A DNA stretch of 64,000 nt from Nitrospirales bacterium. GTDB lineage: Bacteria; Nitrospirota; Nitrospiria; Nitrospirales; UBA8639. The stretch lies in assembly GCA_963422365.1 (NCBI GenBank), contig OY729426.1:128001-192000 (forward strand), read 5' to 3'. A program made the translations under genes and the position numbers. Each line of letters begins with the position of its first letter. The first letter of the stretch is position 1. The notes under the pieces were generated by a model. The model searched no databases. It was not told where the DNA came from and was given only the letters and a program-made list of their open reading frames with translations. Shown one piece after another: positions 31,030 through 40,611 of this stretch.

Positions 31030-31968
31030 TCAGAGTTCTTGTAACGTTCCGCGACATTCCAAAAGGGAGCGGTACCCCTTTTTGTCCAAAATTTCGCTGA
31101 GTTCCTTTTCCAACCGTTGAAAGACCCCGACACCTTCCTCGACGAGTGCCGTTCCAATTTGCACGGCGGAAGCCCCGCATAAAATATGTTCAAACACATC
31201 CGTACCCGAGACAATCCCCCCTGTTCCAATAATCGGCATCCGGCCATCGAATACCTTCCAAAACGCCCGCACATTCGCTAAGGCCACGGGTTTAATCATT
31301 GTTCCACCAAGACCGCCAAATCCGCCTTTCGGCTTGATCGCCACGCATTCCTTCTCCGGATCGACCACTAACCCATTTCCTACGGAATTAATGACTGACA
31401 GAAAGTCGACCCCAACGTCTTGTAACATCCCGGCCGTGGCTTCATGGTGCACCGGATCAAAATACGGAGGGAGCTTGACCCCCATCGGCACGGTGATGAT
31501 GCCTTTCAATTGCAGAAGGAGCGAGCGTGAGGCTTCCAAGTCATAGCCGATTTGCGGCTTTCCCGGGATATTCGGGCAGGACAAATTGACCTCGATGAGG
31601 TCAGGCCGAACGGCCGTGATCGCTTGAGCCGCTTCAAGAAAATCCGGCGTACCGAGCCCGGCGATGCTCGCAATAACGGGTTTCCCAAACCTTCGAAGAG
31701 TTGGAATGATCGCGGCATAGGCCGGATAACCGAGATTCGGCAGCCCCATGGAATTGATGGATCCCCCTGGAAAACTGCAATACCGGGGCTCCGGGTTTCC
31801 TTGCCGGAAAGCCGGGGTCATGGACTTGGTGACGATTGCCCCGCTCCGGGATCGGCCTAAGTGTTCCAGCTCTTCTTGGGTCACGCACAGGGCCCCCGCG
31901 GCATTCATCAGACAGATTGAAAAACGTACATCGGCAAGCGTGGTCGAAAGATCCATGGATGATCTCAT
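31030..31968 (-). CDS. pyrD: Dihydroorotate dehydrogenase (class 1A-like)
   Basis: NSMGLPN, NLSCPN, VKLPPY, KPKGGFGGLGG, IGTGG. Confidence 0.92.
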   Translation of the reverse strand: MRSSMDLSTTLADVRFSICLMNAAGALCVTQEELEHLGRSRSGAIVTKSMTPAFRQGNPEPRYCSFPGGSINSMGLPNLGYPAYAAIIPTLRRFGKPVIASIAGLGTPDFLEAAQAITAVRPDLIEVNLSCPNIPGKPQIGYDLEASRSLLLQLKGIITVPMGVKLPPYFDPVHHEATAGMLQDVGVDFLSVINSVGNGLVVDPEKECVAIKPKGGFGGLGGTMIKPVALANVRAFWKVFDGRMPIIGTGGIVSGTDVFEHILCGASAVQIGTALVEEGVGVFQRLEKELSEILDKKGYRSLLECRGTLQEL

Positions 31969-32666
31969 GTCGTTCCTGGGGCACAGGCAATGGGAGCCTG
32001 CCGGTGATGCAGTTGCCCATCACACAGATCGTACACGTGATCGGCGCTCTGTGCCGCTGATTCCGAATGGGTGACGAACATGACGGTTTGGGATTCTTCC
32101 TTTGACACACGCCGAATAAGCGCCACGATCTCTTTGGCGGTCTGAGAGTCAAGATTTCCCGTCGGTTCGTCTGCCAACAAGATACGGGGTTGATGGACGA
32201 GCGCGCGAGCCAGGGCCACGCGTTGTTGCTCTCCTCCGGATAATTCCCAGGGTCGATGACCGGCTCGATCTTGGACCCCTACTCGTTCAAGCATCTCCCC
32301 GACACGTTGTCGAATGAATGTCGAAGCCATCTTCTGAAGCCGTAAAGGCAACCCGACATTGTCGGCAGTCGTCAACCCCGGCACTAAGTGGAACGCTTGG
32401 AAGACCATACCGATCCACTCACGTCGATACCTGGTCCACTCAGCATCGGTAAATCGGCGGGTCGATTGGCCATCGAGACGAATGTCACCGGCGGTCATAC
32501 TGTCCAGGCCCGCAATCAAATTGAGCAGCGTACTTTTCCCGCTTCCACTCGGGCCCATGATGACACAAAATTCTCCAGCCGCGACCAGGAGGTCCGCTTC
32601 TCGAAGCACAGGCAGCGTGAGGCTTCCCCGTTTATAGACCTTGCAGACACGATCCAAGGTTACCAT
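31965..32666 (-). CDS. ABC transporter ATP-binding protein (LolD/MacB-like)
   Basis: GPSGSGKST, LSGGEQQR, ADEPTGNLD. Confidence 0.92.
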   Translation of the reverse strand: MVTLDRVCKVYKRGSLTLPVLREADLLVAAGEFCVIMGPSGSGKSTLLNLIAGLDSMTAGDIRLDGQSTRRFTDAEWTRYRREWIGMVFQAFHLVPGLTTADNVGLPLRLQKMASTFIRQRVGEMLERVGVQDRAGHRPWELSGGEQQRVALARALVHQPRILLADEPTGNLDSQTAKEIVALIRRVSKEESQTVMFVTHSESAAQSADHVYDLCDGQLHHRQAPIACAPGTT

Positions 32667-32858
32667 AGACACCGATGCCCCTTCTCGAGTCCGGTACGGT
32701 GCGATTGAGATTGTGGAGGCTGCCTTGTCATGACGACTCGCGCGATCCTCTATCACATATCACATGATTAAAACATCCAACAACACAAGGAAAAAACTTG
32801 ACAGGGATGCGGGTGGTTCCTAGGGTTTTCCCAAGCTTCTCACCTCAATCCACATACC

Positions 32859-33599
32859 ATGAAAAGCATGACCTCTCGATTTCTTCGCCGTCTCCTACAC
32901 ACCGTGTTTCCCATGAATTGTCGCATGTGCCACAATGCCCTCGGGGATGACCCCATTCCCTTCTTTTGTCAACCCTGCTGGAACCATATTACTCCTATTC
33001 TTTCGCCGACCTGCCCTCGTTGTTCTTACCCCTTTCCTTCTCCGGATTCGCTATCCCATAGTCCCAGGCATGTGTGTGGATCTTGTCGAAAACACCCTCC
33101 AGCCTATAACCAAGCGTGGACGCCTTATGCCTATCAATCCCCATTGAAGGAGGCCATCGGTTTCTTGAAGTACTACGGAAAAACGCAATTAGCCCCATCG
33201 CTTGCTCAACTGATGGCCCAGGCGACTCCCGCCCCGACGAACATTGATGCGATTATTGCGGTCCCGTTACACCCCGATCGACTCAGGGAACGGGAATTCA
33301 ATCAAGCCCTCCTGTTAGCGTACCATTTGGGCAGACAATGGAATCTCCCCGTTCTCACCAATGTCCTCAGCCGAACAAAGCCTACCCAACCACAAACGTC
33401 CCTCACGCGACGAGAGCGTTTAAAAAATCTTCGAAAATGTTTTTCCGTGACGACTCCTTCCGTCATTGAGGGGAAAACCATCTTGGTCGTGGATGATGTG
33501 TTCACCACGGGAACCACGGTCAATGAATGTGCCAAAGCGCTAAGAAAGGCCGGAGTTCACGCCGTCTATGTTCAAACCCTGGCCAGGATAGTAAGCTGA
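32859..33599 (+). CDS. comF: ComF family phosphoribosyltransferase with double zinc ribbon
   Basis: Four CxxC pairs, VPLH..R...REFNQA, VVDDVFTTGTT. Confidence 0.9.
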   Translation: MKSMTSRFLRRLLHTVFPMNCRMCHNALGDDPIPFFCQPCWNHITPILSPTCPRCSYPFPSPDSLSHSPRHVCGSCRKHPPAYNQAWTPYAYQSPLKEAIGFLKYYGKTQLAPSLAQLMAQATPAPTNIDAIIAVPLHPDRLREREFNQALLLAYHLGRQWNLPVLTNVLSRTKPTQPQTSLTRRERLKNLRKCFSVTTPSVIEGKTILVVDDVFTTGTTVNECAKALRKAGVHAVYVQTLARIVS

Positions 33600-33829
33600 C
33601 TCCTCGTAATCTCGAGTGGCGTGAAACAAAAAGATGATGTACCCGGTCAGCCTGCCTCCGCCCGTGCGGAGAGAGGAAAGAGAGAAGAAGCCTTCCTTGG
33701 CGTCAAGGCTAGGCGAAAAGAATTTCTTGACTTTGTAGATGGTTTTCTCTAGCCTAAACACCTGATTTTCGGTGTCCACCGTGGACCCACGGCGGTGAGA
33801 TCTACGGCGGGCTATAATGGAAGAGCCCC

Positions 33830-34270
33830 ATGTTTGCCGGACAATATCACTGTAAACTCGACGAAAAAGGTCGATTCATCCTTCCGACTCCCTTGCGCGA
33901 GCAATTGGAGGGCGAGGGAGATCGCGTGATTTTCGTCAAAGGGCAAGAACTTCCGTTGTCAGCCTACTCGGTTCAAGAATGGGAGAAAGTCCTCACGCGC
34001 GTCAAAGAGACATTCAATGAAGAACAAAGTCGGCTCTTCATGCACTTTGTCGTGGCTGAAGCCGCATCTTCTGAAATCGACAAGACGGGCAGAATCCTTA
34101 TTCCCGGCCGGCTGAGAAAAATCATCCCGCTGGAAGACGATTTGGAAATCGTGGTCGTGGGGATGTATCACCGATTGGAGATCTGGAATCCTTCAGAATG
34201 GCGCCGCTACCTCATGAAGCATGGTGAGCAATTGGAAGAAAATCTTGGGAAAATGCTCAACCTTCTCTAA
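33830..34270 (+). CDS. mraZ: MraZ-family transcriptional regulator, not followed by a dcw cluster
   Basis: MFAGQY..LDEKGR and IDKTGRILIP repeats, LEIW. Confidence 0.85.
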   Translation: MFAGQYHCKLDEKGRFILPTPLREQLEGEGDRVIFVKGQELPLSAYSVQEWEKVLTRVKETFNEEQSRLFMHFVVAEAASSEIDKTGRILIPGRLRKIIPLEDDLEIVVVGMYHRLEIWNPSEWRRYLMKHGEQLEENLGKMLNLL

Positions 34271-34563
34271 CCGAGGTCGCCAAAGCCCATCCTCCGGCGA
34301 ATCGTTGACACGCTCTGCGAATTGCACCTGCGTCCTCCTCGGACCGACAGGCAGGCCTTCTTCAACACGTTTTGAACAACCGTCGTTCCAACGGTGAATC
34401 ATCCAAGTTGACGGATGTCTCTGTTTGGCTGAGGTCTCAAATTTCACGGAAGCCTGCCATTGACGCTTCATCAAGGGCTCGAAAGAAACACCAGTGGCCC
34501 AGCCTATCCCCTGACGCCTTCTCCCATGCAACGCATTTCTCCCTGACCAAGAACGCCCTTTCA

Positions 34564-35040
34564 ATGACCTTACCCATTCCGCCCAGCATCAACCGACAAT
34601 ATGCCACGGTCAATGGACGCCGAGTGTTGTCGGCAACGGGGCGTCGCTACAAACAGACGATCGGTCAATTGCTCATGACAACCGGTGCCACCTCTTCCGC
34701 CAAGTGGGACACTTTCTTGCACACGGCACAAGAACAGTACCTGACACTGACAATTTATTTTTATTTTCCGACACTATTACGACGAGATCTTGACGGTGGG
34801 CTCAAAATCGCTCAAGACGCCCTATGTGAAGCCATGAGCCTCAATGACAATCGAATTATCGAAATCCACCTGTATAAGTCATTAGATCGAGACAATCCCC
34901 GACTTGAGTGCACCCTGGCCTTTACGACTCCGCGGCCGGAGATTCGCCAACACTCCGCGGCCCGTCGCTCCAACCGAACCCTTGCCACCCCTCTTCGCAA
35001 CGCTTCAAGGCAGGCCCGAGATAAGCAGATTCCGCGTTAA
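34564..35040 (+). CDS. RusA-family Holliday junction resolvase-like protein
   Basis: LPIPPSINRQY, RRDLDG.LK..QDAL, NDNRI; start may lie further upstream. Confidence 0.75.
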   Translation: MTLPIPPSINRQYATVNGRRVLSATGRRYKQTIGQLLMTTGATSSAKWDTFLHTAQEQYLTLTIYFYFPTLLRRDLDGGLKIAQDALCEAMSLNDNRIIEIHLYKSLDRDNPRLECTLAFTTPRPEIRQHSAARRSNRTLATPLRNASRQARDKQIPR

Positions 35041-35163
35041 TACGGGATCTCTTCATCAACCAGTCCCAATGCTTAATTCCCAATTTCTCATTCAGATTGA
35101 CCAGACGCTGATGAAAAGGCTAGAATTTTTTTGACTTGAATCGTCTTTGGCAAACCTCCTCGG

Positions 35164-35319
35164 ATGGATACCACGACACTCTCAGAAGAGCTACAAGACG
35201 CCGGGTTGCCGGAGCAGCCGGCCAAGCAGATCACCAGGGCGTTTCAGGATCAGCAATCCGAACGTCTTGAACAGTTTACGACAAAACGGCATTATCCTGG
35301 CTGTTCTGAAATTTCATAA
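35164..35319 (+). pseudogene. Internally deleted DUF1640/CCDC90-like gene
   Basis: MDTTTLSEELQDAGLPEQPAKQI...FTTK, abutting GIILAVLKF in another frame. Confidence 0.5.
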
Positions 35320-35437
35320 TTCTTAATTGAAGACCATTCAAGTCCTTATGCGTTCTCTCCCTTCTACCATGGTGATCTTAACCGTCACGGCTAGGCCCTG
35401 CGACAACGCCTGGATTTCAGCATGGAGCACACCGGGC

Positions 35438-36523
35438 ATGCGTACCCGATTATTCTGGCTTATCAGTCTTGTGCTTGTAGGAACCTGTTATGTTCCGGAA
35501 CACGTTTCAGCCAATCGGATCCTCTTCAACCCGCAACAGAAGTTGCAGCTTCAACAAGCAGAGAAAGTTTTTATCAAGGCTCTTGCGCTGACGGAAAAGG
35601 GATTGGTCGATCCAATCCTTATCCAGAAGGCGGCGTCTGAGCAGCTGACCGCAATCGGTTTCACGGTCATTGCGACACAGAGTGAGCCATCTGACGTCAT
35701 GCTGAAAATAAAGTGCGACGAGCGAAAACCCTGGGGGGGAGTCAAGAAAACCGATGGAGATATCCAGCAACCGGGAGCGCCTTCCCGAAATTGGAAAGGA
35801 CCGGCCTGTCAATTAAGCTATTTTTTCGATGGCCAGAAGGGGCCGTGGCAGTATGAGGTACGCACCACATTTGAAAATGCGTGGGAGGCCTCCCGATCCA
35901 ACGGACACAAAGATTCAGGCCAATTCGCTTTACAGCACCTCAGTCTGGCATTGCGGGAAAGTTACTTCCCGCTTGATCTTGCAGCAGAATGGCAACAAGC
36001 TCGTCGGCTTTCTTCCCTTTTGACCGATTCCACAACCGACCAAGCCACAAAACTCAAAATTTTATCGCTGGCCGGCCACATGCAGGGAGACACCATGCTG
36101 CAAGCCCTGCAACAAATCAGAACCCAGACTCACTTCGCCATCCCCGCCACGGTGGCCTTAGGGTTTATGGGCGAACCTGCCATTCCGACCCTCATGGATC
36201 TCTTATCTGATCCGTTCTCTTCAGTGGACATTCAAGCCGCGGCAGCGGAAGCGCTCGGCGAAATTGGAGCCCATAGCGGCAACGTCCAAATCCTGCCGCC
36301 CCTCCTGGCCATGATGCAAGCGCCCGACGTTCACCTTCGCGTTCAGACGGAACTTGTGAGAGCTATTGGGAAAACGCCTGATCTACGGTCGGTTGAACCC
36401 CTTCAACAACTTGGGCTCAAGGCATGGACCGCCCGGTCGAATGATCCACTCATGCAAGAACTCAGAAAAGCCGTCGATTGGAGCCTCTGGCAAATCAATC
36501 CCTCCGCTCACACCGATGAGTAG
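35438..36523 (+). CDS. Exported HEAT-repeat protein
   Basis: Signal peptide; C-terminal HEAT repeats (ALGFMG, AAAEALGEIG, RAIGK). Confidence 0.7.
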   Translation: MRTRLFWLISLVLVGTCYVPEHVSANRILFNPQQKLQLQQAEKVFIKALALTEKGLVDPILIQKAASEQLTAIGFTVIATQSEPSDVMLKIKCDERKPWGGVKKTDGDIQQPGAPSRNWKGPACQLSYFFDGQKGPWQYEVRTTFENAWEASRSNGHKDSGQFALQHLSLALRESYFPLDLAAEWQQARRLSSLLTDSTTDQATKLKILSLAGHMQGDTMLQALQQIRTQTHFAIPATVALGFMGEPAIPTLMDLLSDPFSSVDIQAAAAEALGEIGAHSGNVQILPPLLAMMQAPDVHLRVQTELVRAIGKTPDLRSVEPLQQLGLKAWTARSNDPLMQELRKAVDWSLWQINPSAHTDE

Positions 36524-36553
36524 ACCAGCGCTTCGTTGCAGCGGGGCTTGAAA

Positions 36554-36629
36554 TGGCGCGCCCGAGAGGAGTCGAACCTCTAACCTCTTGATCCGTAGTC
36601 AAGTGCTCTATCCATTGAGCTACGGGCGC
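36554..36629 (-). tRNA. tRNA-Arg(ACG)
   Basis: GCGCCCGTAGCTCAATGGATAGAGC...CT-ACG-GA...GGTTCGACTCC...CGCGCCA. Confidence 0.96.
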
Positions 36630-36871
36630 GATGCCTAGCCGTTTGATGGAATGGTCAGATCGTCCCTTAACAAGGAAAATTTGATCCATTTGATCCGTAT
36701 GGAAGGTAGCCCATTTTATACAAGTCCCTGAGGAACTAGGTCAACCAGCCGTTCAGGGGCGGGAACCCACCAGGCTTCAAGACCCGCCTCTCATATGGTC
36801 TTTGTAGCCGCAGCATCTCATGCTGTCTTCCTGCAGCCAGAAGAGGGCCCCATGAATTGTTCGGCATGACC

Positions 36872-38200
36872 TTAGACAACGGAAACGAGGGGGGAAGCAG
36901 AAGTCCCAAAGAGCGTGGAGGCTGAAGCATCATCAACCTTAATCATGACCAGATTTCCGAGGGTGAGAGGGGCCGCGACTTTGTCCCAGACGACGGTCAC
37001 GTTCCTTTCCGTGTGTCCCATCCATTGTTGGGAAGACTTTTTCGCATTGCCTTCCACCAGCACCTCTACTTCCGTTCCAATAAACTGCTGATTGTTCTTG
37101 GCAGAAATCGCTCGCTGGAATTCGACCAACCGCGTGACCCGCTCTGATTTGACGGCATCGAAAACGTCATCGGGAAATTTCCGATAGGCAATGGTGTTCT
37201 TTCGTTCTGAATATTTGAACACATAGGCCGATTGAAATTCGATATCTTGCACAAGCTCATACGTGTCGAGGAATTCCTCGTGTGTCTCAGTGCAAAAACC
37301 CGCAATGATATCCGTGCTGAGGGCAATATCGCCCTGCTTCCGGATTTCCGCTACCAATGTGCGATAATCTGCTCGCGTATACGACCGTCCCATCAGGTCG
37401 AGGATTCGGTCGTTTCCCGATTGAAGGGGAAGATGAATGTGCCGACACACGTTCGGATGATGCGCCACCACCTCTATCAGGGCGGGCGGAAAGTCCTTGG
37501 GGTGCGGAGACGTGAATCGGACTCGTTCGATTCCAGGAATATCGGCAACGTCTGAAAGGAGCTGGGCAAACGTGCTATCGTCGCTATGATACGAATTGAC
37601 GTTTTGCCCCAAAAGCGTGACTTGTCTGTACCCTTGAGCCGCGAGGTCGGACGCTTCTTCGAGAATCCCTTGCGCGGGGCGAGACCGTTCTCTTCCGCGA
37701 GTATAGGGCACCACGCAGAAACTACAAAAATTATCACACCCTCGCATAATCGCAATCCAGGCATTGACTCCGGGCGTGCGCTCAGGAAGAATCGATTCGT
37801 AGGTTTCGTATTCCGACAAATCCACGGCCATGGACTGTTCACGGCGTTCCAAGGCCTTCGTCAGCAACTCCGGTAAGTGTCGATAGGAATCCGGCCCGGC
37901 CAGCACGTCGATGATGGGTTGCGCATCCATTAATTCTTTTTTGAGATTTTGGGCCATACATCCCAACACGCCGATCACCACAGGTCGTGATGGCTTCCTC
38001 GCCTTCCACTCGGCCAAATGGCCGTAGACTCGATTATGGGCATTTTCTCGAATCGCGCAGGTATTCATCAAAACTACGTCGGCCTGCTCGTGGGACGGTG
38101 TAAACACAAACCCGCGATCTTGTAAAAGCGACCGCACCAATTCGGTATCATACTCATTCATCTGACAGCCGAATGTCTGCATGTAGACGCGATAGGACAT
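36872..38200 (-). CDS. miaB: tRNA-2-methylthio-N6-isopentenyladenosine synthase
   Basis: TFGCQMN, NTCAIRE, GCMAQ, RGCDNFCSFC, RFTSPHP, TRAM domain. Confidence 0.93.
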   Translation of the reverse strand: MSYRVYMQTFGCQMNEYDTELVRSLLQDRGFVFTPSHEQADVVLMNTCAIRENAHNRVYGHLAEWKARKPSRPVVIGVLGCMAQNLKKELMDAQPIIDVLAGPDSYRHLPELLTKALERREQSMAVDLSEYETYESILPERTPGVNAWIAIMRGCDNFCSFCVVPYTRGRERSRPAQGILEEASDLAAQGYRQVTLLGQNVNSYHSDDSTFAQLLSDVADIPGIERVRFTSPHPKDFPPALIEVVAHHPNVCRHIHLPLQSGNDRILDLMGRSYTRADYRTLVAEIRKQGDIALSTDIIAGFCTETHEEFLDTYELVQDIEFQSAYVFKYSERKNTIAYRKFPDDVFDAVKSERVTRLVEFQRAISAKNNQQFIGTEVEVLVEGNAKKSSQQWMGHTERNVTVVWDKVAAPLTLGNLVMIKVDDASASTLFGTSASPLVSVV

Positions 38201-38239
38201 GGGAGAATCTCTTGAACCGTGGCTTCCTTTAGAATTTCG

Positions 38240-39634
38240 TTACGTGCGAGACAAACCTGTTCCTGAAAACACGGCTTCCTTCTCAAAAGACTGGAACACC
38301 GGAATTGGGGTTTTCTTGGGCCGCGGCGGATGCTCATCCACCAATTTTCCTAAGGCCACATGTTCCATGGCCCCGGTCAGCCTGACCCGCCTGATCTGAT
38401 TCGCTAACGAGCCGGAAGAGGCGACTCCCACTCGAATAAAATTATCCGTCACGCCGGTCCATAGGCCATCTTTGCCGATCGATTCAAACAGCGTCAGACA
38501 GTCCTGATTGAGAAACCGTTGATAGAACTGTACCCGCTTGCTTCGGGATAGCTGTGAGAGCAGTTGGTTCCGGGCTTTGATCACCGCCTGAGGCACGGGA
38601 CTGCCCAAACGAGCGGCCGGCGTTCCCGGTCGAGCGGAATAGCTGAAGACGTGGGCATAGGCCAATGGCAGTTCTTGGACCAGCCGACAGGTCGCCGAAA
38701 ACTGACGGTCCGTTTCCCCGGGAAATCCTACGAGCACATCGGTCCCCACGCAGACGTCCGGGATTTTTTGCACGACATGTTCCACCCATACCCGATACTC
38801 TTTCACTGAGTATCGACGATTCATTGCAGACAAAATCTCATCATGTCCACTCTGTAAGGGAACGTGGAAGAACCGGCACAGCTTCCGAGAGGTGCGCATA
38901 TACTCAAGGAGTGCAGGCGGAATGGTCGTCGGCTCAATAGAAGAGATGCGGATGCGTGCCAATCCGGGAATGGCTTCCAACCGCTGGATCAGATCGAGAA
39001 GCCCTCTGGGTCCATTCACAAATCGCCCGATATTCACCCCGGTCAACACCAGTTCCTGATGCCCTCGTTCCACGAGTTGTTCAGCCTCTCGAACCGTGTC
39101 ATCGAGCAATCGGCTTCGTTCACGTCCTCTGGCAAAAGGAATCAGACAAAAGGAACACATAAAATTGCAGCCATCCTGGATTTTCAGATTGGCTCGAGTG
39201 GTCGCATATTCCCCCACCCCATCCTGAACAAAATCTTCTCTGCCCATTGATCCTGAATGCTGGACGAACGTTGATGAGAGTTTTTGAACACGCGGCATCT
39301 CTTCTAAATAGTCCGGCAACAGCATTTTGTATTGGTTGCCCAACACGAGATCCACTCCCGGAAGGTGCGGCAACGTCTTGATCCCTGTTTGCGCATAGCA
39401 TCCCGTGACCGCGACAAACGCATTCGGAGAGTGGCGCAACGTCCGACGAATGATCCTTCGACAATCGGCCTCGGCATTCTCGGTCACGGTGCAGGTATTC
39501 AAGACAAGCAAATCGGTTGGCTCTCCATGGGCAACCTTTTGGTAGCCCATTCTTGTCAAGCGGTCAGTCAGCACAGCGGTCTCCGATTGATTGAGACGAC
39601 ATCCGGCCGTGTAAAATGCGACTTTTTTCTTCAT
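38240..39634 (-). CDS. mtaB: tRNA threonylcarbamoyladenosine methylthiotransferase
   Basis: GCRLNQSE, NTCTVT, TGCYAQ, KIQDGCNFMCSFC, RISSIEP. Confidence 0.92.
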   Translation of the reverse strand: MKKKVAFYTAGCRLNQSETAVLTDRLTRMGYQKVAHGEPTDLLVLNTCTVTENAEADCRRIIRRTLRHSPNAFVAVTGCYAQTGIKTLPHLPGVDLVLGNQYKMLLPDYLEEMPRVQKLSSTFVQHSGSMGREDFVQDGVGEYATTRANLKIQDGCNFMCSFCLIPFARGRERSRLLDDTVREAEQLVERGHQELVLTGVNIGRFVNGPRGLLDLIQRLEAIPGLARIRISSIEPTTIPPALLEYMRTSRKLCRFFHVPLQSGHDEILSAMNRRYSVKEYRVWVEHVVQKIPDVCVGTDVLVGFPGETDRQFSATCRLVQELPLAYAHVFSYSARPGTPAARLGSPVPQAVIKARNQLLSQLSRSKRVQFYQRFLNQDCLTLFESIGKDGLWTGVTDNFIRVGVASSGSLANQIRRVRLTGAMEHVALGKLVDEHPPRPKKTPIPVFQSFEKEAVFSGTGLSRT

Positions 39635-39875
39635 GAGTCTCAGGTCTCGTGTAAGCAGCCGTATTATAGAGAACACGCCCTCAAGCCGACAACCAAGGAT
39701 CTCGGCTTTGAAAAAACAGTGACTTTGCGTCGCTCAGGACAAGCACTGTGCTCAGAATTGTCAATGTTCACTCATTCGTTCACAAAATCAGGGCTGTCTG
39801 TCTTCTCCTTCTTTTGTAGCTGTGTCATCTCATGGCACTTTCTGCTGACGACATAAGATGCCGCCCTACACAGGC

Positions 39876-39907
39876 ACTGGATTCCCGATGACAAATGTCG
39901 GAATGAC
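39876..39907. repeat. Short REP-like palindrome of the CTGGATTCCCG...GGAATGAC type
   Basis: ACTGGATTCCCGAT-N-GTCGGAATGAC; first 14 nt equal the reverse complement of 60907-60920. Confidence 0.65.
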
Positions 39908-40100
39908 ACGAGGAGAGAGCCTGCGGGGATGACAAGAATCTGGGGCCTGGACTGATCATGTGTCATCAACACTGGACAACTTGACGTGTTAGTGACGGAA
40001 CCTCAAAAACAAATTGCCGATGCGAAGAGTTCGGAGTAAAATGGATAAAAGTTTCAACAGGAACGGCTGCAAGATGTCTCTTCTTGATGGAAGGTGCCGC

Positions 40101-40511
40101 ATGCCCCACCCTTTTTCGATTGCACCAATCTTCCTCTCATTGCTACTGGGTCTTTTCCCTCCCAGCCTGAGTGGGGCGCAGTCTCCCCTTCCCATTGAGC
40201 CGGATGAAGAAACCCGATTAGAGGAAATTTATGACCAGGAGACGCTTATGGTCATGTTTTTGTATTCCTTGGAAGGGACAGAAGAAGTGGATTATGTGGT
40301 CGGCAGAAAAGTCTGGAAGCACCAGCAAAGTGTCTATGGGAATCCCGTGTACTACCTTGAACCCTATCCTTTGTTTTATTGGTGGGACCATACGATGTGG
40401 AATGACCCTGAACAAGATGGGGTAAATGGCAACGAACTCATCTATAAAAAAGACGTTGATTTTGATGTCACCCGCTATAAACCCTGCCTGTTTAACGGGC
40501 AACGCTGCTGA
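40101..40511 (+). CDS. Exported hypothetical protein
   Basis: Signal-peptide-like leader, plausible composition. Confidence 0.6.
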   Translation: MPHPFSIAPIFLSLLLGLFPPSLSGAQSPLPIEPDEETRLEEIYDQETLMVMFLYSLEGTEEVDYVVGRKVWKHQQSVYGNPVYYLEPYPLFYWWDHTMWNDPEQDGVNGNELIYKKDVDFDVTRYKPCLFNGQRC

Positions 40512-40611
40512 ACTCTTCCATCCTCCCTTGCCCTTCAGGGGATTGCCACACTCTCTCAGACGCGCATAGACAAAAACCCATTCATCAGCACTGTGATGCC
40601 GGCCCCACCCC

